A stretch of DNA of 64,000 nucleotides from Eledone cirrhosa (lineage: Eukaryota), in contig OZ024742.1 of assembly GCA_964016885.1 (NCBI GenBank), positions 56,172,001-56,236,000 on the forward strand. Reading direction: 5' to 3'. Positions 48,175 to 62,597 of the stretch are shown in pieces. Both the position numbers and the translations under genes were made by a program. Positions within the stretch are counted from its first letter, which is position 1. Each line of letters starts with the position of its first letter. The notes under the pieces were generated by a model, which saw only the letters and a list, made by a program, of their open reading frames with translations, did not search any database and was not told the origin of the DNA.

Positions 48175-50625
48175 TATTATATTTAACCAAAGATTAGTAT
48201 CGTTCGTTGATTATTCAACAAATACAGTTTTCCAATAAATTAGAAGCACTCAAATATTCAGGCTGTCTGCTAATAGATCCATATTTAATAGTAAGGCTGT
48301 ATATTATAATGAAGCGTTACATAAAGCTGGATATAACAATAATATTGAGTATACAGAAAAAAATACTGAAAATAAAATTAATTATAATCACAGTAATCAT
48401 CATAAAAATGAATATAAAAACAACAACTTGATGAATAAATTGAGGAAAAAAATAAGAACTAGATCTATAATTTGGTATGCTCCTGCAGCATTTTTAGCTA
48501 TTAAAACACCTGTAGCACATTTATTTTTTAAAGCTTTGAATGAATGCTTCCCTTGGTCACATAAATATTACTCTATCTTCAATAGACACACAGTTAAACT
48601 TTCTTATTCAACAACTATGAATATTGCTCAAAATATAGCAAAAATAAATAATAAAAATCTTAATTTGAACCAACCTATAATTAGCAACAATAATAATAAC
48701 AATAATAACAATATATTAGTTAATGGGAATAACAATAATAATAATTTAAACACGAATAATAGTAACACACCTTTAAATAATAATGGGAATAGTTTAACGT
48801 CTGTAAATAACATTGAGAAGAAATGTAATTGTAGAAAGGGGTCTGAATGTCCTTTACAAAATAATTGCCTTGACAAGAATCTAGTATATAAATGTACCAT
48901 TAAGACAAATAATAATATATATAACTACATAGGTGCCACCTCTTTTAAATTTAAGGAACGTTGGTATAATCGTAGACATTCTTTCAATAGACCAGATAAG
49001 AAATTGTCAAGTTCACTTTCACAACTAGTATGGTCTTTAAAGGACAATAATATTAAATACTCCATCTCTTGGACGAAACTAAAGAATTCTGCTTTCTATC
49101 GGAACTCAACTATTTCGCAAATTTGCAATCTTTGTAATTCTACAGATAATTACAAATTATGACAATTTAATCAACAAAAAAATGAATTATTTAGTAGTTG
49201 TCACCATAGAATTGGTAAAACTTTCCAGGCAATGTACAAATTTCGAAAAAAATATTGACAATTAATAATTTAAATATATATATAAATTTTGCCTTATTGT
49301 GGTAATAATTCATTGATATGTATATGTATTGAATAATTTTATTAAGAGTCTTTTTATCCTATGCTTTAATTAGGACAGTTCAATATTTAACTAGATATCA
49401 ATTATGATATATACAATAGATGATTTATGGCTTTCGAAATATCGCTGGACGTGAGAGTAGAGATAAGTTATAAATGCTTGTATATAGTGAATCAGTTATC
49501 TTCCTTTTGTTTACATTGTTCGTAAAAATTTCTTTTTGACTAGCTTGCTAAAATATATTAAATATGAAATATGTAGATTAATAATATAAAGACTATCATT
49601 AAAAGGAAACTATATATCAAAATAAGTAAATACAGAAGTAAATCTAACCATTAATTAAATTAATGAAACTTTTGAGAGTAAATATAACTACAGTTTCATC
49701 TTAGGATTTAAATGAAAATTAAAGATTAGTAAAGCTTTTATAAAGAGAATCTCTAAATTAAATAAAATAGTTTGGGTAATAAATGATCTAAATATATTAT
49801 ATGTATTGATGATAATATATGCATGGTAATATATTTTAATACATATTTAATAATGATTTAAATACGTTTTAAAGATTAATTCTTTTAAAGTTATAACAAA
49901 ATATTTATAGAATATCTTACCTTAAAATTAAAAATTATAATAATCTATAATGAGTTAAATTAAATTATATAAATTTATAATTAAATTAAATATATGATTG
50001 CCATAGAAAGTAATCTATACTGAATAATCTTGATATAATATATAAGTATAATTAACTAAAACATATTCAAATACAAGACATATTCAATTGTTTATGTGAA
50101 TAGATTTGATTTCTTATTTTAGCTAGCATTTGAAAACAACGGTTTTTTTATTCCCCTCTATTCGGTGTTTCCTTATTTTTCTTTATTTTTCTTTACCCCC
50201 CCCCCCTTTGTTCCCTTTTACTCTCCTCTCGTTTTTGTCGTTACTCCTCTTTTATTTTTTATATATCTCTTTTCTTCTTTTATTCATTCATCCATTTATT
50301 TTTTTATTCAGTTATATATTTATGTATGAATTTATTTATTTCTTGCCTTTCCTCTTCTTTACATCTCTTATATCTCTAATTTGCTCTACATCCATTTCTT
50401 CTCTAAGTTAATCATATTATTTGTGGTATAACAACGTTGAGATTTGATGAAATAAATCACTGCTAATACTGGAATTGAATAATCAAGACCGTAGCGGTAT
50501 GTCATATATCAAATCATATATTTTGTCTGATGAGGACGTACTGAAAAAATCAACACAGTACCTTTGAAATATATATAATAAAGTATATATTTTGAATATG
50601 CGAATATTTTTCATTTGTTAACATT
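48175..50625 (+). mobile_element. 5'-truncated Penelope-like element (thumb, GIY-YIG, long AT-rich 3' UTR, pLTR)
   Basis: ORF 48428-49162: IIWYAP, HKYYSIFNRHTVKLSYS, CNCRKGSECPL, NLVYKC..YIGAT..FKERWYN and CNLC; HHR at 50522. Confidence 0.9.
50522..50582 (+). ncRNA. Type I minimal hammerhead in pLTR
   Basis: tttgt-CTGATGA-ggacgtactg/cagtaccttt-GAAA-TATATA-TA-ataaa. Confidence 0.85.
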
Positions 50626-50735
50626 TTGAATAATATATATATATACACATACATATATGCATATATATATACACACATATACATATATATGCGTGTGTGT
50701 GTGTTTATGTGTGTGCATGTGTGTGCATGTGTGTG

Positions 50736-50807
<72 letters not shown>

Positions 50808-51127
50808 CGTCTCTGTCAATGTTCGGCGAAAATGCAATATATGAGTTTCTGTGAAAACAATTTAGCGAGTAATATCAATATACTTATATTAATTTCGAAT
50901 TTCCTTTAGCAAGTATATTAACAAATACGTAGCTTCTCCTCTACTCATATGTCTGACACTCCAAAGAGCGTGGCATTCCTTCAATACAGTATTAAATCTT
51001 AAGTTCAATTTCCTAATTTTATATCGACAAAAGTTGTAAACGCATAAAGTATTGCTTTAAAAGGACGTCAAGATGAAATGATAGGAAGAAGGAAAACACG
51101 GGAAAGTGATGTGATTAGTGGACATAC

Positions 51128-51193
51128 CCGGAAAGACTGTTTCAATCCACCATTATCTGCGATATTTTCACCCAGCGTGTTTCTACCATTGAT
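51128..51193 (-). CDS. M13 neprilysin-like peptidase exon (third zinc ligand)
   Basis: 66 nt between AG and GT; INGRNTLGENIADNGGLKQSFR. Confidence 0.96.
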
Positions 51194-51327
51194 CTGAGAA
51201 AAAAGACAATAACACAAGTTTATATACAATAGAAAACAAACAATCAATTTAGTATTAATAATCTTTAAAATCATATACGTATGTATATATTCAATGATGA
51301 GGTCCTCCTGAACCATTTTCCCCAACT

Positions 51328-51560
51328 GGAAACATTCTCCTAATTTGTAGAAAACTTATAATGAAACAATTGTTTGGAAAGAGAGATATATTTTAACTTT
51401 AATTATATCTCATAAAATAATACCACTGGCTTTCCACATAATACATATAGTTAGCACCCCAAACACTTAAATTAGGTTATACTAACATATAACCTAATGT
51501 TTGTTGAGTGAGATGGTTACCAGTCAGAGTTTAGCTTTAAGCTATCTCTGTTATTGTATT
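51328..51560 (+). mobile_element. Truncated third copy of the 20699 retrozyme-like repeat
   Basis: ggaaacattctcc...gaaacaattgtttgga...gagtgagatgg; lacks the CTGATGA half; ends near (TA)n. Confidence 0.8.
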
Positions 51561-51567
51561 AAAGTAT

Positions 51568-51618
<51 letters not shown>

Positions 51619-51624
<6 letters not shown>

Positions 51625-52448
51625 AAAGAAAGATGAAATCGAAAATGCATCTGGAGTCTTATTTTTAAAAAAAATATATATATTTATTTGGTTCCTTTAC
51701 CGGTTTCGCAGGTCTTCTGCTTTTCAAAAGTAGAGTTGAGATAGAGGGTCTGTAGTTTTTCTCACATCTGGTTGGTCTCTGAATGTTACTTGTTTTATAT
51801 GGAAAAAGTGACTCGAAATGCCAGGTTTATCGAGAAGTAATTTGATTGGTTGGTCAATAATTATAATAAATTTCGCGCCAGTTCGCGTTACAAAGTTCTT
51901 CAAACAAGGGGGGGGGGGGTGTCACAGGTTGTTTTTTCATATATGAGTGTTTGAATTTCTATTTACTTAAAAAAAGGTGGCTCACGAAGTCATTTTTTTA
52001 ATAAACGTAATTTGATTGGTTATAAATGAAATTATGGCTGTCACGTGAACAAGTTTTCATTAAATTTTCGCGCCCTTATTTGGAAATCCATTCTGTAGCC
52101 TTTTTAGAGAATTTTATGATAAGTAAAAGCTAATTTATTATAATTATTGACCAACAAATCAAATTACTTCTCGATAAACCTGGCATTTCGAGTCACTTTT
52201 TCCATATAAAACAAGTAACATTCAGAGACCAACCAGATGTGAGAAAAACCACAGACCCTCCATCTCAACTCTACTTTTGAAAAGCAGAAGAACTGCGAAA
52301 CCGGTAAAGGAACCAAATAAATATATATATATTTTTTTTTAAACAAGACTCCAGTTGCATTTTCGATTTCATCTTTTTTTCTTTATACTTTCACTCGTGT
52401 AGGACACCTCAGTTATTTTTCATTTTGTAACAAAAACCTCACTTTCTA

Positions 52449-52450
<2 letters not shown>
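51619..52450. mobile_element. Fold-back element (about 250-bp arms, 260-bp spacer) with U3-A8 hammerhead variants
   Basis: 51619-51872 is the reverse complement of 52132-52387; flanked by TA tracts. Confidence 0.9.
52274..52309 (+). ncRNA. Minimal hammerhead, U3-A8 core variant
   Basis: ctt-TTGAAAA-gcag/ctgc-GAAA-CCGG-TA-aag, then AATAAA; mirror copy at 51695-51730. Confidence 0.65.
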
Positions 52451-52539
<89 letters not shown>

Positions 52540-52549
52540 AATATATATA

Positions 52550-52594
<45 letters not shown>

Positions 52595-52866
52595 ATATAT
52601 ATATATATATGTGTGTGTGTGTATATATATATAGAGAGAGAGAGAGAAAGATATTTATATATATATATGTGTCTGCGTGTGTGTGTATATATATATATAC
52701 ATATATATATATATAAATATATATAATTGTGTGTGTGTGAAAATGTATATAAATATGAATATAAAAATATATATATTGTTCAAGAATTACATGACGAATA
52801 CTCACCCACATACAAACACGCGCATATATACATATACAAATACAAACATATACATATACAAACACA

Positions 52867-52992
<126 letters not shown>

Positions 52993-53020
52993 TATATATC
53001 GAGAGAGAGATATACCTATA

Positions 53021-53336
<316 letters not shown>

Positions 53337-53353
53337 CGGAAAAAATGAAACGA

Positions 53354-54009
53354 AATTTCATTTCCCACTCTGAGTACGGCTGTTACTTAAATATAAGTAT
53401 GGACACGTACATACATATATGTATACAGACATACAGTAGTATGTATATATATATATACATACATGCACACATATATATATGTACGTATGGATTCACCGAA
53501 CATTTATTATAATGCTCGGTGTGTTTGTAAATAAACATCCCGTATTAAGCCGTAGTGTCCAGCAACCATCGTTGCTCGTTTGTTCAACACTGACAAAGGA
53601 ACGATGTACTAGTTTCAAGCTTATTAGCTATCGCCGATTAACCCACTCGATATGCAAATTGGGCTACTCAGCCATTAATATGCATAAGGTAATTATAAAC
53701 GTTCAACAATCTGGCAGGAAGGTATACGTTGCTGACGATAGCTAATAAGCTTGAAACTAGTACAGCGTTCCTTTGTCAGTGTTGAACAAACGAGCAACGA
53801 TGGTTGCTGGACACTACGGCTTAATACGGGATGTTTGCTTACAAACACACCGAGCATTATAATAAATGTTCGGTGAATCCATACGTACGTATATATATGA
53901 GTGCATGTATATATATATACATACTATTGTACGTCTGTATACATATATGTATGTACGTGTACATACTTGTATTTAAGTAACAGCCGTACTAAGAGTGGGA
54001 AATGAAATT
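53354..54009. mobile_element. Fold-back element with about 275-bp arms
   Basis: 53354-53633 is the reverse complement of 53736-54009. Confidence 0.92.
53726..53768 (+). ncRNA. Type I minimal hammerhead
   Basis: acgttg-CTGACGA-tagct/agctt-GAAA-CTAG-TA-cagcgt. Confidence 0.88.
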
Positions 54010-54387
54010 ATACACACACATACACACACATATATATATATATATATATGGACGCATAGCAATTAATTATCACATAAATACATTATGCGTTTTATAACAT
54101 TTTAGTTAATATTCTAGACAATTAAATCTCAAATAAATTATGAAACAGAAAATTCATATTTCTTATAAGGATTCCAAAAGTTCTATATGTGCGTTTGTGT
54201 CTGTGTCTGTGCCTTGTGCTTATGTAAGATGTCAATACTACCTATTTTAACACTAAACTTTTGGGGCCACAAAAGATAACATGCACAGAATATACGATGC
54301 TACTTCACAGACAACAACGATAAAAAAAGGCCACTGCGCCTCTATTATATTAGGTATGTTCTATTATATTAGGTATGTTTTACTTAC

Positions 54388-54518
54388 GTTCATGTTAGCC
54401 TCAATCACAGAATAATTTGAATACTGATTTTCAAAGCAGTTTGCTTTTTCAGTAAACCTTTTAATTACTTCTGTACTCCACCATTGTCTTAAGTTACCTT
54501 CTTTATCAAATTGACGCC
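54388..54518 (-). CDS. M13 neprilysin-like peptidase exon
   Basis: 131 nt between AG and GT; [44 protein letters not shown]; phases match both neighbouring exons. Confidence 0.95.
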
Positions 54519-54550
54519 CTAAAACAAATAGATAGAGTTATATATATCTC

Positions 54551-54759
<209 letters not shown>

Positions 54760-54909
54760 GATATATATATATTTAGATATATATGTAGAAGGTGAGTTTC
54801 ATTGTAGCTCAATAAAGCAATGCAAATATCGGATAAGTAGCACTCCACAGTTTATAGGTCTGGAGTATAAATAACATAAGATCAAAAGATTGTTAAAAGA
54901 GTTCCATGT

Positions 54910-54978
54910 ATTTTATTATGCGCATTTCAAATACAAATATCATCATGGGATGATATTTGCGTTCTCATCAGATAAAAT
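54910..54978 (-). ncRNA. Type I minimal hammerhead (solo pLTR; sense to the host pre-mRNA)
   Basis: Reverse complement reads attttat-CTGATGA-gaacgcaaatatcatc/gatgatatttgtattt-GAAA-TGCGCA-TA-ataaaat. Confidence 0.88.
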
Positions 54979-55066
54979 TGGGACACATGTTATGAAGCTT
55001 AAAAAACACTTGCGAGCGGTGAAGTTTTAAATCATTGTTTAAGCTTCATATCATGTCTCCCTATTT

Positions 55067-55157
<91 letters not shown>

Positions 55158-55164
55158 GTGTGTG

Positions 55165-55195
<31 letters not shown>

Positions 55196-56258
55196 CTGTG
55201 TATGATATATAGACATACATATATATATATATATTTGAATAGATATCATATATAACAATAGATAGATAAGCTGACATGTGGACACATGCATTTTCTATAT
55301 CTGCTCCCTCTCATCTAAGGACTAAAACAACCAACAATATGCTTCACTGTGTCAACTGCTGTGTGCATGTGGTATATATACAGAAAGTATTGATGAATAC
55401 TTGCTTCCTCTAATATAATGTGCAATGAACTATAACTGAAGATGAACCACAGGTTGAACCACTGATAGGTGACGTGGTCTTCTGATGATGTTAAGTGTGA
55501 TTCACAGGCATTCGATTTTAAAAGCATAAAGTTTCTTCTCTAATGTTTTTGTAGGGATGTAGGAGTCAGGTACCTAGAGAAGAATGGACAGCACTGATGA
55601 TTTAAATAATTTGATTTTTTGGTGGATTCTTGCAGTTGACTTCAGTTTCCAAAAGGCTGTTGAAACAGTTGACATTCTGTATGTAAAATCCTTCATGGTA
55701 TGCTTAAAGCATCCTCGATATTGAAATCATCAACATTTTCTTAGGTTATATTCGCGTACTCAATATTTTACACCATAGCTTCATTTTGTTTATTATAAAT
55801 AACATTTTATGTTTTGCGGAGACCTAGTATGAAGTTGTTTTTACTGCTTTCAAATTCATTTTTCAGCATGCCGATGTGATCTACGTACAGGCAGAGTCGT
55901 TGAGGCAGAGATCTGAGATTAAATCCCAGCGAGATCAACGATATTTTTTCATTCTTTCGTGGATGGTGGGTTTGATGGAATTGTTAAAGTATCGGACAGT
56001 AATATAGGCTCTGCTCTGAATGGAAAGGCCAATGGAAACATTGATTCTTTGATCCAATTTGAGAATCAGCTTATTTCCTTTCTTCTACACGGAGTTGCGA
56101 CCGACAGATAGAAATAGCGAGGGAAACATTTTTCCCTTGGACCGACGATTGGCTCCTTAAATTTTGCCTATGTAGGTATATACACTTTTTTTTTGTTTAA
56201 ATCATTCTCGTATATATTTAAGTGAATGTTTAGGTATATAAATATGTATATTATAAAT

Positions 56259-56448
56259 TAATTGTTTCTACTTTAGGCACAAGGCCTGCAATTACCCAGT
56301 GCATTACTGGTACTTTATTTTATCGACCCCGTAAGGCTGAAAGGCAAAGTCAACCTCGGCGGGATTTGAACTCAGATCGTAAAGGGACGTAACTATGCTG
56401 GAAAGCATGGCGTCCGACCCTCTACCGATACTGCCAATCCACCGCCCT
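56259..56448 (-). mobile_element. Full-length tRNA-derived SINE with an about 20-bp target-site duplication
   Basis: TSD tatgtatattataaattaat at 56243 and 56448. Confidence 0.9.
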
Positions 56449-56475
56449 ATGTATATTATAAATTAATAAACTCAC

Positions 56476-56543
56476 CTCTGTCATCAAATCCGTGTGTAAT
56501 CTCATGACCAATGACGACACCTATCGCTCCATAATTCATCGAA
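56476..56543 (-). CDS. M13 neprilysin-like peptidase exon with the HExxH active site; upstream exons were not found in the window
   Basis: 68 nt between AG and GT; [22 protein letters not shown]. Confidence 0.96.
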
Positions 56544-56600
56544 CTGAAATTACATATACATATATACATATGTATCAATAAATAAATAATTAACAAATAA

Positions 56601-56732
<132 letters not shown>

Positions 56733-56768
56733 ATATTAACAAAATAGATATTCTTGTCATCAATTAAG

Positions 56769-56832
56769 TTTTATTATACATGTTTCAGAGGTACTTGAAT
56801 CAAGTTCAACAGTACGTCCTCATCAGATAAAA
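56769..56832 (-). ncRNA. Type I hammerhead in pLTR (related to 50522)
   Basis: Reverse complement reads ttttat-CTGATGA-ggacgtact...agtacctct-GAAA-CATGTA-TA-ataaaa. Confidence 0.78.
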
Positions 56833-57646
56833 TAAAATGATACATGACATACCCTGACATGTTAGATGGTTAAGATTTAATTAAATTAGTGATTAACTTA
56901 TGAGAAAAACTCAATATTTATACCCTAATAATGAGAACATGCGAAAACTTAATAGAATCAGTAGAGAGAGTATGAGTAAGAAAAATATTGCCTTAATGTA
57001 ACAGTTATAGAGTTTTTAAAATCCGAAATACTACTGTAGGACTATAGAGGAAGACGTATCTGGAGTTATAATTTGTTTAGTTTTTAGCTTGAGAATGCGA
57101 CTGAAAGATAATTAAAGAGAGTGAGAGAGAAAGGGGAGTAATTTATGCTCAAATTTTCCTCGGACACTTATAAACATGTATAGCCTTGGCGGTTAAATTT
57201 CAAAATATTTAATTTATATGTTATTTTAGGTTTTAAAAGTTGATGGTTATTTGTATTAATTTTATAAATTTTATAAATGTGTTAAATTTCTAAAATTCAA
57301 AGTTTTATGAAAACAAATTTAAAGTATTTACGAGGCCCGCGAAAGAAAAATATATACTGTTCAATATTCTCACAAAGGTACTCTTTAACAAAATTACTTG
57401 TAACAGTGACAACATTTTCCATAAGTATAGTTTATGAAGTATGTACAGTTATAACTATCAAGGAATTTATTATTAAATAGTTATAGTGCCTAAAGTATAA
57501 TAATTAAACCTAAAGAAGTCAGAGTTTTCAGCTATACATATATATGTGTGTGCATTGATCATAATAAGAGGACTATAAATTATTATTTTTTATTATTTGT
57601 TCATATATTATATTAAATCACTACCTTCTAGGGAAGACTGAACTCT

Positions 57647-57980
57647 AATTATGATTATGTTATTATACAATATAAATATATTTGCACAAACTATATATAG
57701 CTTTATACCGAGCTATAATTATGATTATGTTATTATACATTATAAACATATTTGCACAAAACTACATACAGAGATGTTCCGAACTATAATTATGATTATG
57801 TTATTATACAATATAAACATATTTGCACAAACTATTTATAGAGAGATATACTAAGTATTAATGAGACGGTATACATTTAATAAATAATAAAGATTATAAT
57901 CTTTGATAGTAGTTTTATACATGCATAACTACGATTATGTTATTACACTAGATAAAGATATTTGCACAAACTATATTTGA
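57647..57980. repeat. About 70-bp tandem repeats in the PLE 3' UTR
   Basis: aattatgattatgttattataca...tttgcacaaa repeated 3-4 times. Confidence 0.8.
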
Positions 57981-58465
57981 TATAGTAGATATTAATAAGA
58001 CAGTATATATCCAATAAAACATATCGATTAAAAGCAGTTATTAGTCTTACCTCCAGTTTATTGGAGATATAAACCAATATTTATCTGTTAATATTGTTTG
58101 TTAAACATACATAAAATACATAAAAGAACAAAGCCAACTTTCTGTATCTTCAAAAACCATCCCCAAATGAGTAAAATAAACACATTTATAAAATACTTAC
58201 ATATATAAAAAAATGTAAACGCATGAATGATCCACAGTTAAAATTAAGGTCAGTAAAATTTACAGGTTAGATATCTAAACTATATTTAAAACAGAGATAG
58301 AAAAATAAAGCTCTGAATCAAAGTTAACGATATCCAAAAAGCCATAGGTTATGTATATCAACCTGCAAACAAGTTATTAAACAAGTGACATTCATTCAAA
58401 CATTATTTCCATTATAAATAATTATTTCCATTATAAATTATAAATTATTTCCATTATAAATTATA

Positions 58466-58653
58466 AGGGCGGTGAGTTGGCAGTATCGGTAGTGTGTCGC
58501 ACATGCTTTCCAGCATAGTTACGTCCCTTTACGATCTGAGTTCAAATCCCGCCGAGGTTAACTTTGCCTTTCATCCTTACGGGGTCGATAAAATAAAGTA
58601 CCAGTAATATACTGGAATAATTGCTGGCCTTGTGCCAAAAGTAGAAACAATTA
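58466..58653 (+). mobile_element. Full-length tRNA-derived SINE inserted in the PLE
   Basis: A and B boxes; flanked by aattatttccattataaat duplications. Confidence 0.9.
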
Positions 58654-60265
58654 TTTCCATTATAAATGATTAGAAGATAAAGCATTATTAAAGTTTTATA
58701 AGCCGTTATGATTTATATTTTCAACAGTTGCTGATGTACGTCTAAAAACCAGGCTTGGTTGCTTACTGTTTTTTCCTGACCTTATGCGAGGCTTGGAATG
58801 TAGACAAAGCTTTATGAAGGCAGTTTGAAAATAGTTCAATTTTTTGTTAATTAAGTTATCATAATTATTAATTATCAGTAGGGTCTCCATTGTACAGAGA
58901 GCGCAGTTATTTGATATACTTGAGTTGAGATAAACTCCACTATTACAAAGTTTCGTCCAAAAGATCGAGTGTTTTAAATTTTTGTCTTTTAATGACCATA
59001 TAAGCTGTGATAAAGAAGTCGATGATTTCCTATTAGAATTCGAATATGAGCATTTATGATTCGAAAATCTAGCCTTAAATGTAGAAGAAGTCGCTCCTAT
59101 GTAGTTGTATGTGTTATTATCAGTTTTTACGGTGCATTTATACACCAAATTACTGCCCAAACAATTATTTTGCAAAGGCCAATCTGGTTTATTTCTACAA
59201 TTACATTTTGATTTATTATTATTTATGTTAACACTATAATTAATGTCTTTATGGTGATTCTGCTTTAGAATTTTACTGTTTATTTTAGAAATGTTTTGGG
59301 CCATATTCATAGTTGTAGAATAAGATAAATTAATAGTGTGTCTATTAAAAATGGAATGGTATTTATGTTGACTAGGGAAAGAGCTATCCAAAGCTTTAAA
59401 TAATAGGTTAGCTATTTGTGTTCAAACTGCTACGGAAGCAGGGGGGGGGGGGGGCAAACCATATAACTGATTTAGTTCTGGTTCTTTTCCTCGATGTATT
59501 CACAGTATAAGTGTTTGAATTATAATTATTAGAATTTCGTTTATATATCACATTATTTTTATCAGGATTAAAACTTGGATTATTTTTATCTACATATTCT
59601 ATATTATTCTCATAACCTGCTCTTTTTAGCGCTTCATTGTAGTATCCTGCATTTTCATCAAATATTGCTTTATTGGCAGATATTCTATTAATGCGTTTAT
59701 GCACACTATTTACAATTGATTTTTTTACTGACTTACGGTCATTGGAGTAATAACTAACGTAATTTAAGTTTTCATTGGGCTTATGAAAAGGGTAATAAAA
59801 GCCAGAGTTAAAGTTAAACGTAACATCAAGGAAATTAACTATGCGGGCATGGAAATGAGGGTAATCTTCACTGTGAAACCATAATACCTAGAAATAAGTA
59901 TATTTTCTCTTAGCGGGCGATGGTCAAATCTACTGTCCATGCTTAATTTAGAGTTAGTATCGAGACCTATTAATACTCATACTCTCCCACCAGCACTGGC
60001 TTTCGGCCGGCTAGCAGTAAACTATAACCGTGTCATATTACAGGTTGGATGGGGTCATTGTTTGGGTGAGGGGGGACCTGCCTAGGCGAGTTTCGTAGAC
60101 CTCTGTTGAGGGTCAACTTCCTTCAGACCTGCGCCTGCGCAGACCGGTGGGTGTGAATTGGGACTCACAAGGAAACGGGCGAAGAACTCAAGAGCATACG
60201 CTTTGTCCGTTCCCATGTCGATTCAATTTGGATTGCCTCAGAAACATAACCTTATTATGTAAGAA

Positions 60266-60339
60266 GCTGTCTGATGATGTCACGGCACTGGCACACCGAA
60301 CCGTGTGGCCACTGTCTTCATTGAAATATGTATCACAGC
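60266..60339 (+). ncRNA. Type I hammerhead
   Basis: gctgt-CTGATGA-tg...catt-GAAA-TATGTA-TC-acagc. Confidence 0.8.
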
Positions 60340-60466
60340 ATTATCATTAAAGGACTTTAACATCTGAAACTACTTCGCTTTTTCTTATTCGATATATACT
60401 CCGCCACTTCTATGTGGAAAAAGTACGTTGAGTGCTTGAATTGAATTGCATCAATATTTACCTTAA

Positions 60467-60600
<134 letters not shown>

Positions 60601-60752
60601 GTATATATGTGTGTAGTAGTGGCGCCCACACACATTATTAGCTATTTGAAAAGATGATGGATTTCGCAACTAACTGCACCAGGGTTCCTGAATTCTGGGG
60701 CATGAGAGTGAGATCCGTCATCTCGACAGTAGTCGACGAATGAATGAATGAA

Positions 60753-60800
<48 letters not shown>

Positions 60801-60804
<4 letters not shown>

Positions 60805-60982
60805 AACAAGTATGACCCCGATGACAGAGCTCAAGCCGTTTCTACTCAGAATTAGCCGCCGAAACAGCTTGAGCTTTTCCGTCGGGGTACATACTTGTTC
60901 CTATTACCCACTCTACTCCCCTAAGTATTGAGTACTTTGGTGCGTTATGGTCCATCTGGTTCCTTACCACATTTCCTTCGTT
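60801..60982 (+). mobile_element. Short fold-back element in (TA)n (41411 family)
   Basis: taggaacaagtatg / catacttgttccta arms plus the shared tail. Confidence 0.75.
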
Positions 60983-60991
60983 ATATATTTA

Positions 60992-61033
<42 letters not shown>

Positions 61034-61185
61034 AACATACATATATACATACATACTCACATAATATGTATGTATATATATATCTATATATATATAGGTA
61101 TATGATATACAAATGCGTGTGTTTTGTGTGTGTTGTCTGTGGTGAGGGTCTATGGGTGTGTGTTTGTGCTGTGGTGTGTTGTTGT

Positions 61186-61216
<31 letters not shown>

Positions 61217-61819
61217 TTCATGTGTTTCTAAAGTTATTCGTTATTACATTCTCTGCCACAACTCAGATATTTCGCTTGGTACTTTTGAATTAGTTTTATT
61301 AATATTTTTTTTTTTTACTTCATCAGAATGTTTTCTAATAATTTAGCAAACGAAGCGCTGCAGTTTTATATGATCGGCTGTAAAAAAGTTGCATCTTCAC
61401 AGTATCCAACCTCTGTATCGGAGCCAATATCACATTTCTGGCAGCCTATTACAGAGACTTACTTTTGATGTTAATTGAACTTTATGTGTTATATCTAATA
61501 ATATTTATATTTATATTCATCAGATGAAATTTCTTTCAGCGATTAGTCCAGACAATTACTTAGTGACGGTTGTCATAATGTAGTTATGAAATTATTTATT
61601 TATTTTCTTCAAAGCTCAGCAAATTAGTGTGTTCCAATATTGAATTACACAGACTAATATGAAGTATAAAAAAAAATCATAAATACGAAACGTTTATTTG
61701 CACCTACATATCACTTATTTTAGAGATATGTTTCTCCGGAGCAGAACAAAAATAACGAACAGAGACCATCAAATATATATTGTTATATAGCAACGGCTGC
61801 ACAGAAAAAATGCAGTGAA

Positions 61820-61920
61820 GTCGCGTGGCTTAGTGGTTAGGCCTTTAGGTTCCAAATCAGAATGCGCTGGGTTCGATTCCTTGACGGATTGCCATATTGT
61901 GTTCTTGAATTAGACGCTTT
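61820..61920 (+). mobile_element. tRNA-like SINE head
   Basis: TGGCTTAGTGG A-box and GGTTCGATTCC B-box; stems are not tRNA-perfect. Confidence 0.55.
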
Positions 61921-62413
61921 CTTTCCCGATAATTTACGTGACTTTAATTAAAGGCCTATCATGAAAACCACAAAGAAATCTCATATAAGAGGCAACTTTC
62001 TAGGTGACTAAATAAATCTGCATAGGTGTGAGATGTAAATCTCATTTCATAGCTGAGGAGGAGTGAAATAAAGATATAGTGTACATAGTTGTTGTTGAAG
62101 TCGCTTTAATTTTATTATGTTGATCATTAAGAGAAATGTGGACCAAATAACTTCAATGTATATTGTCACTCAGCCGGTGTTTTTGTTTCAATATACAGTC
62201 ACCCTTGACGCATCGTAGGCTGCTACGCAGAGTGCGTCCACGTGTAGTGGCCAGGGCAGTTACCTCTATATCCTTAGATATAGAGGTAACTGCAAAATAA
62301 GTGAGTTTACTCAACATATAAGCTGTCATGAAACAACACATGGGAACTACCCTATGCTGTTTGGGGTTTAGTAGATGAAGCTGCTTCACTTTAACAAATG
62401 CGACAATGCTCTA

Positions 62414-62597
62414 TAATTGTTTCTACTTTAGTCACAAGGCCAGCAATAACCCAGTGCATTACTGGTACTTTATTTTATCGACCCCGTAAGGATGAAAGGA
62501 AAAGTCAACCTCGGCGGGATTTGAACGCAGATCGTAAAGGGACGTAACTATGCTGGAAAGCATGGCGTCCGACCCTCTACCGATACTGCTAATCCAC
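62414..62597 (-). mobile_element. tRNA-derived SINE with a 14-bp TSD
   Basis: TSD caatgctctataat at 62404 and 62599. Confidence 0.9.

Noticed and set aside
55480-55530. CTGATGA followed by a hairpin
   Set aside because: No GAAA or stem III follows.
61820-61892. Functional tRNA gene
   Set aside because: A and B boxes are present, but the acceptor and anticodon stems do not pair; treated as a SINE head.
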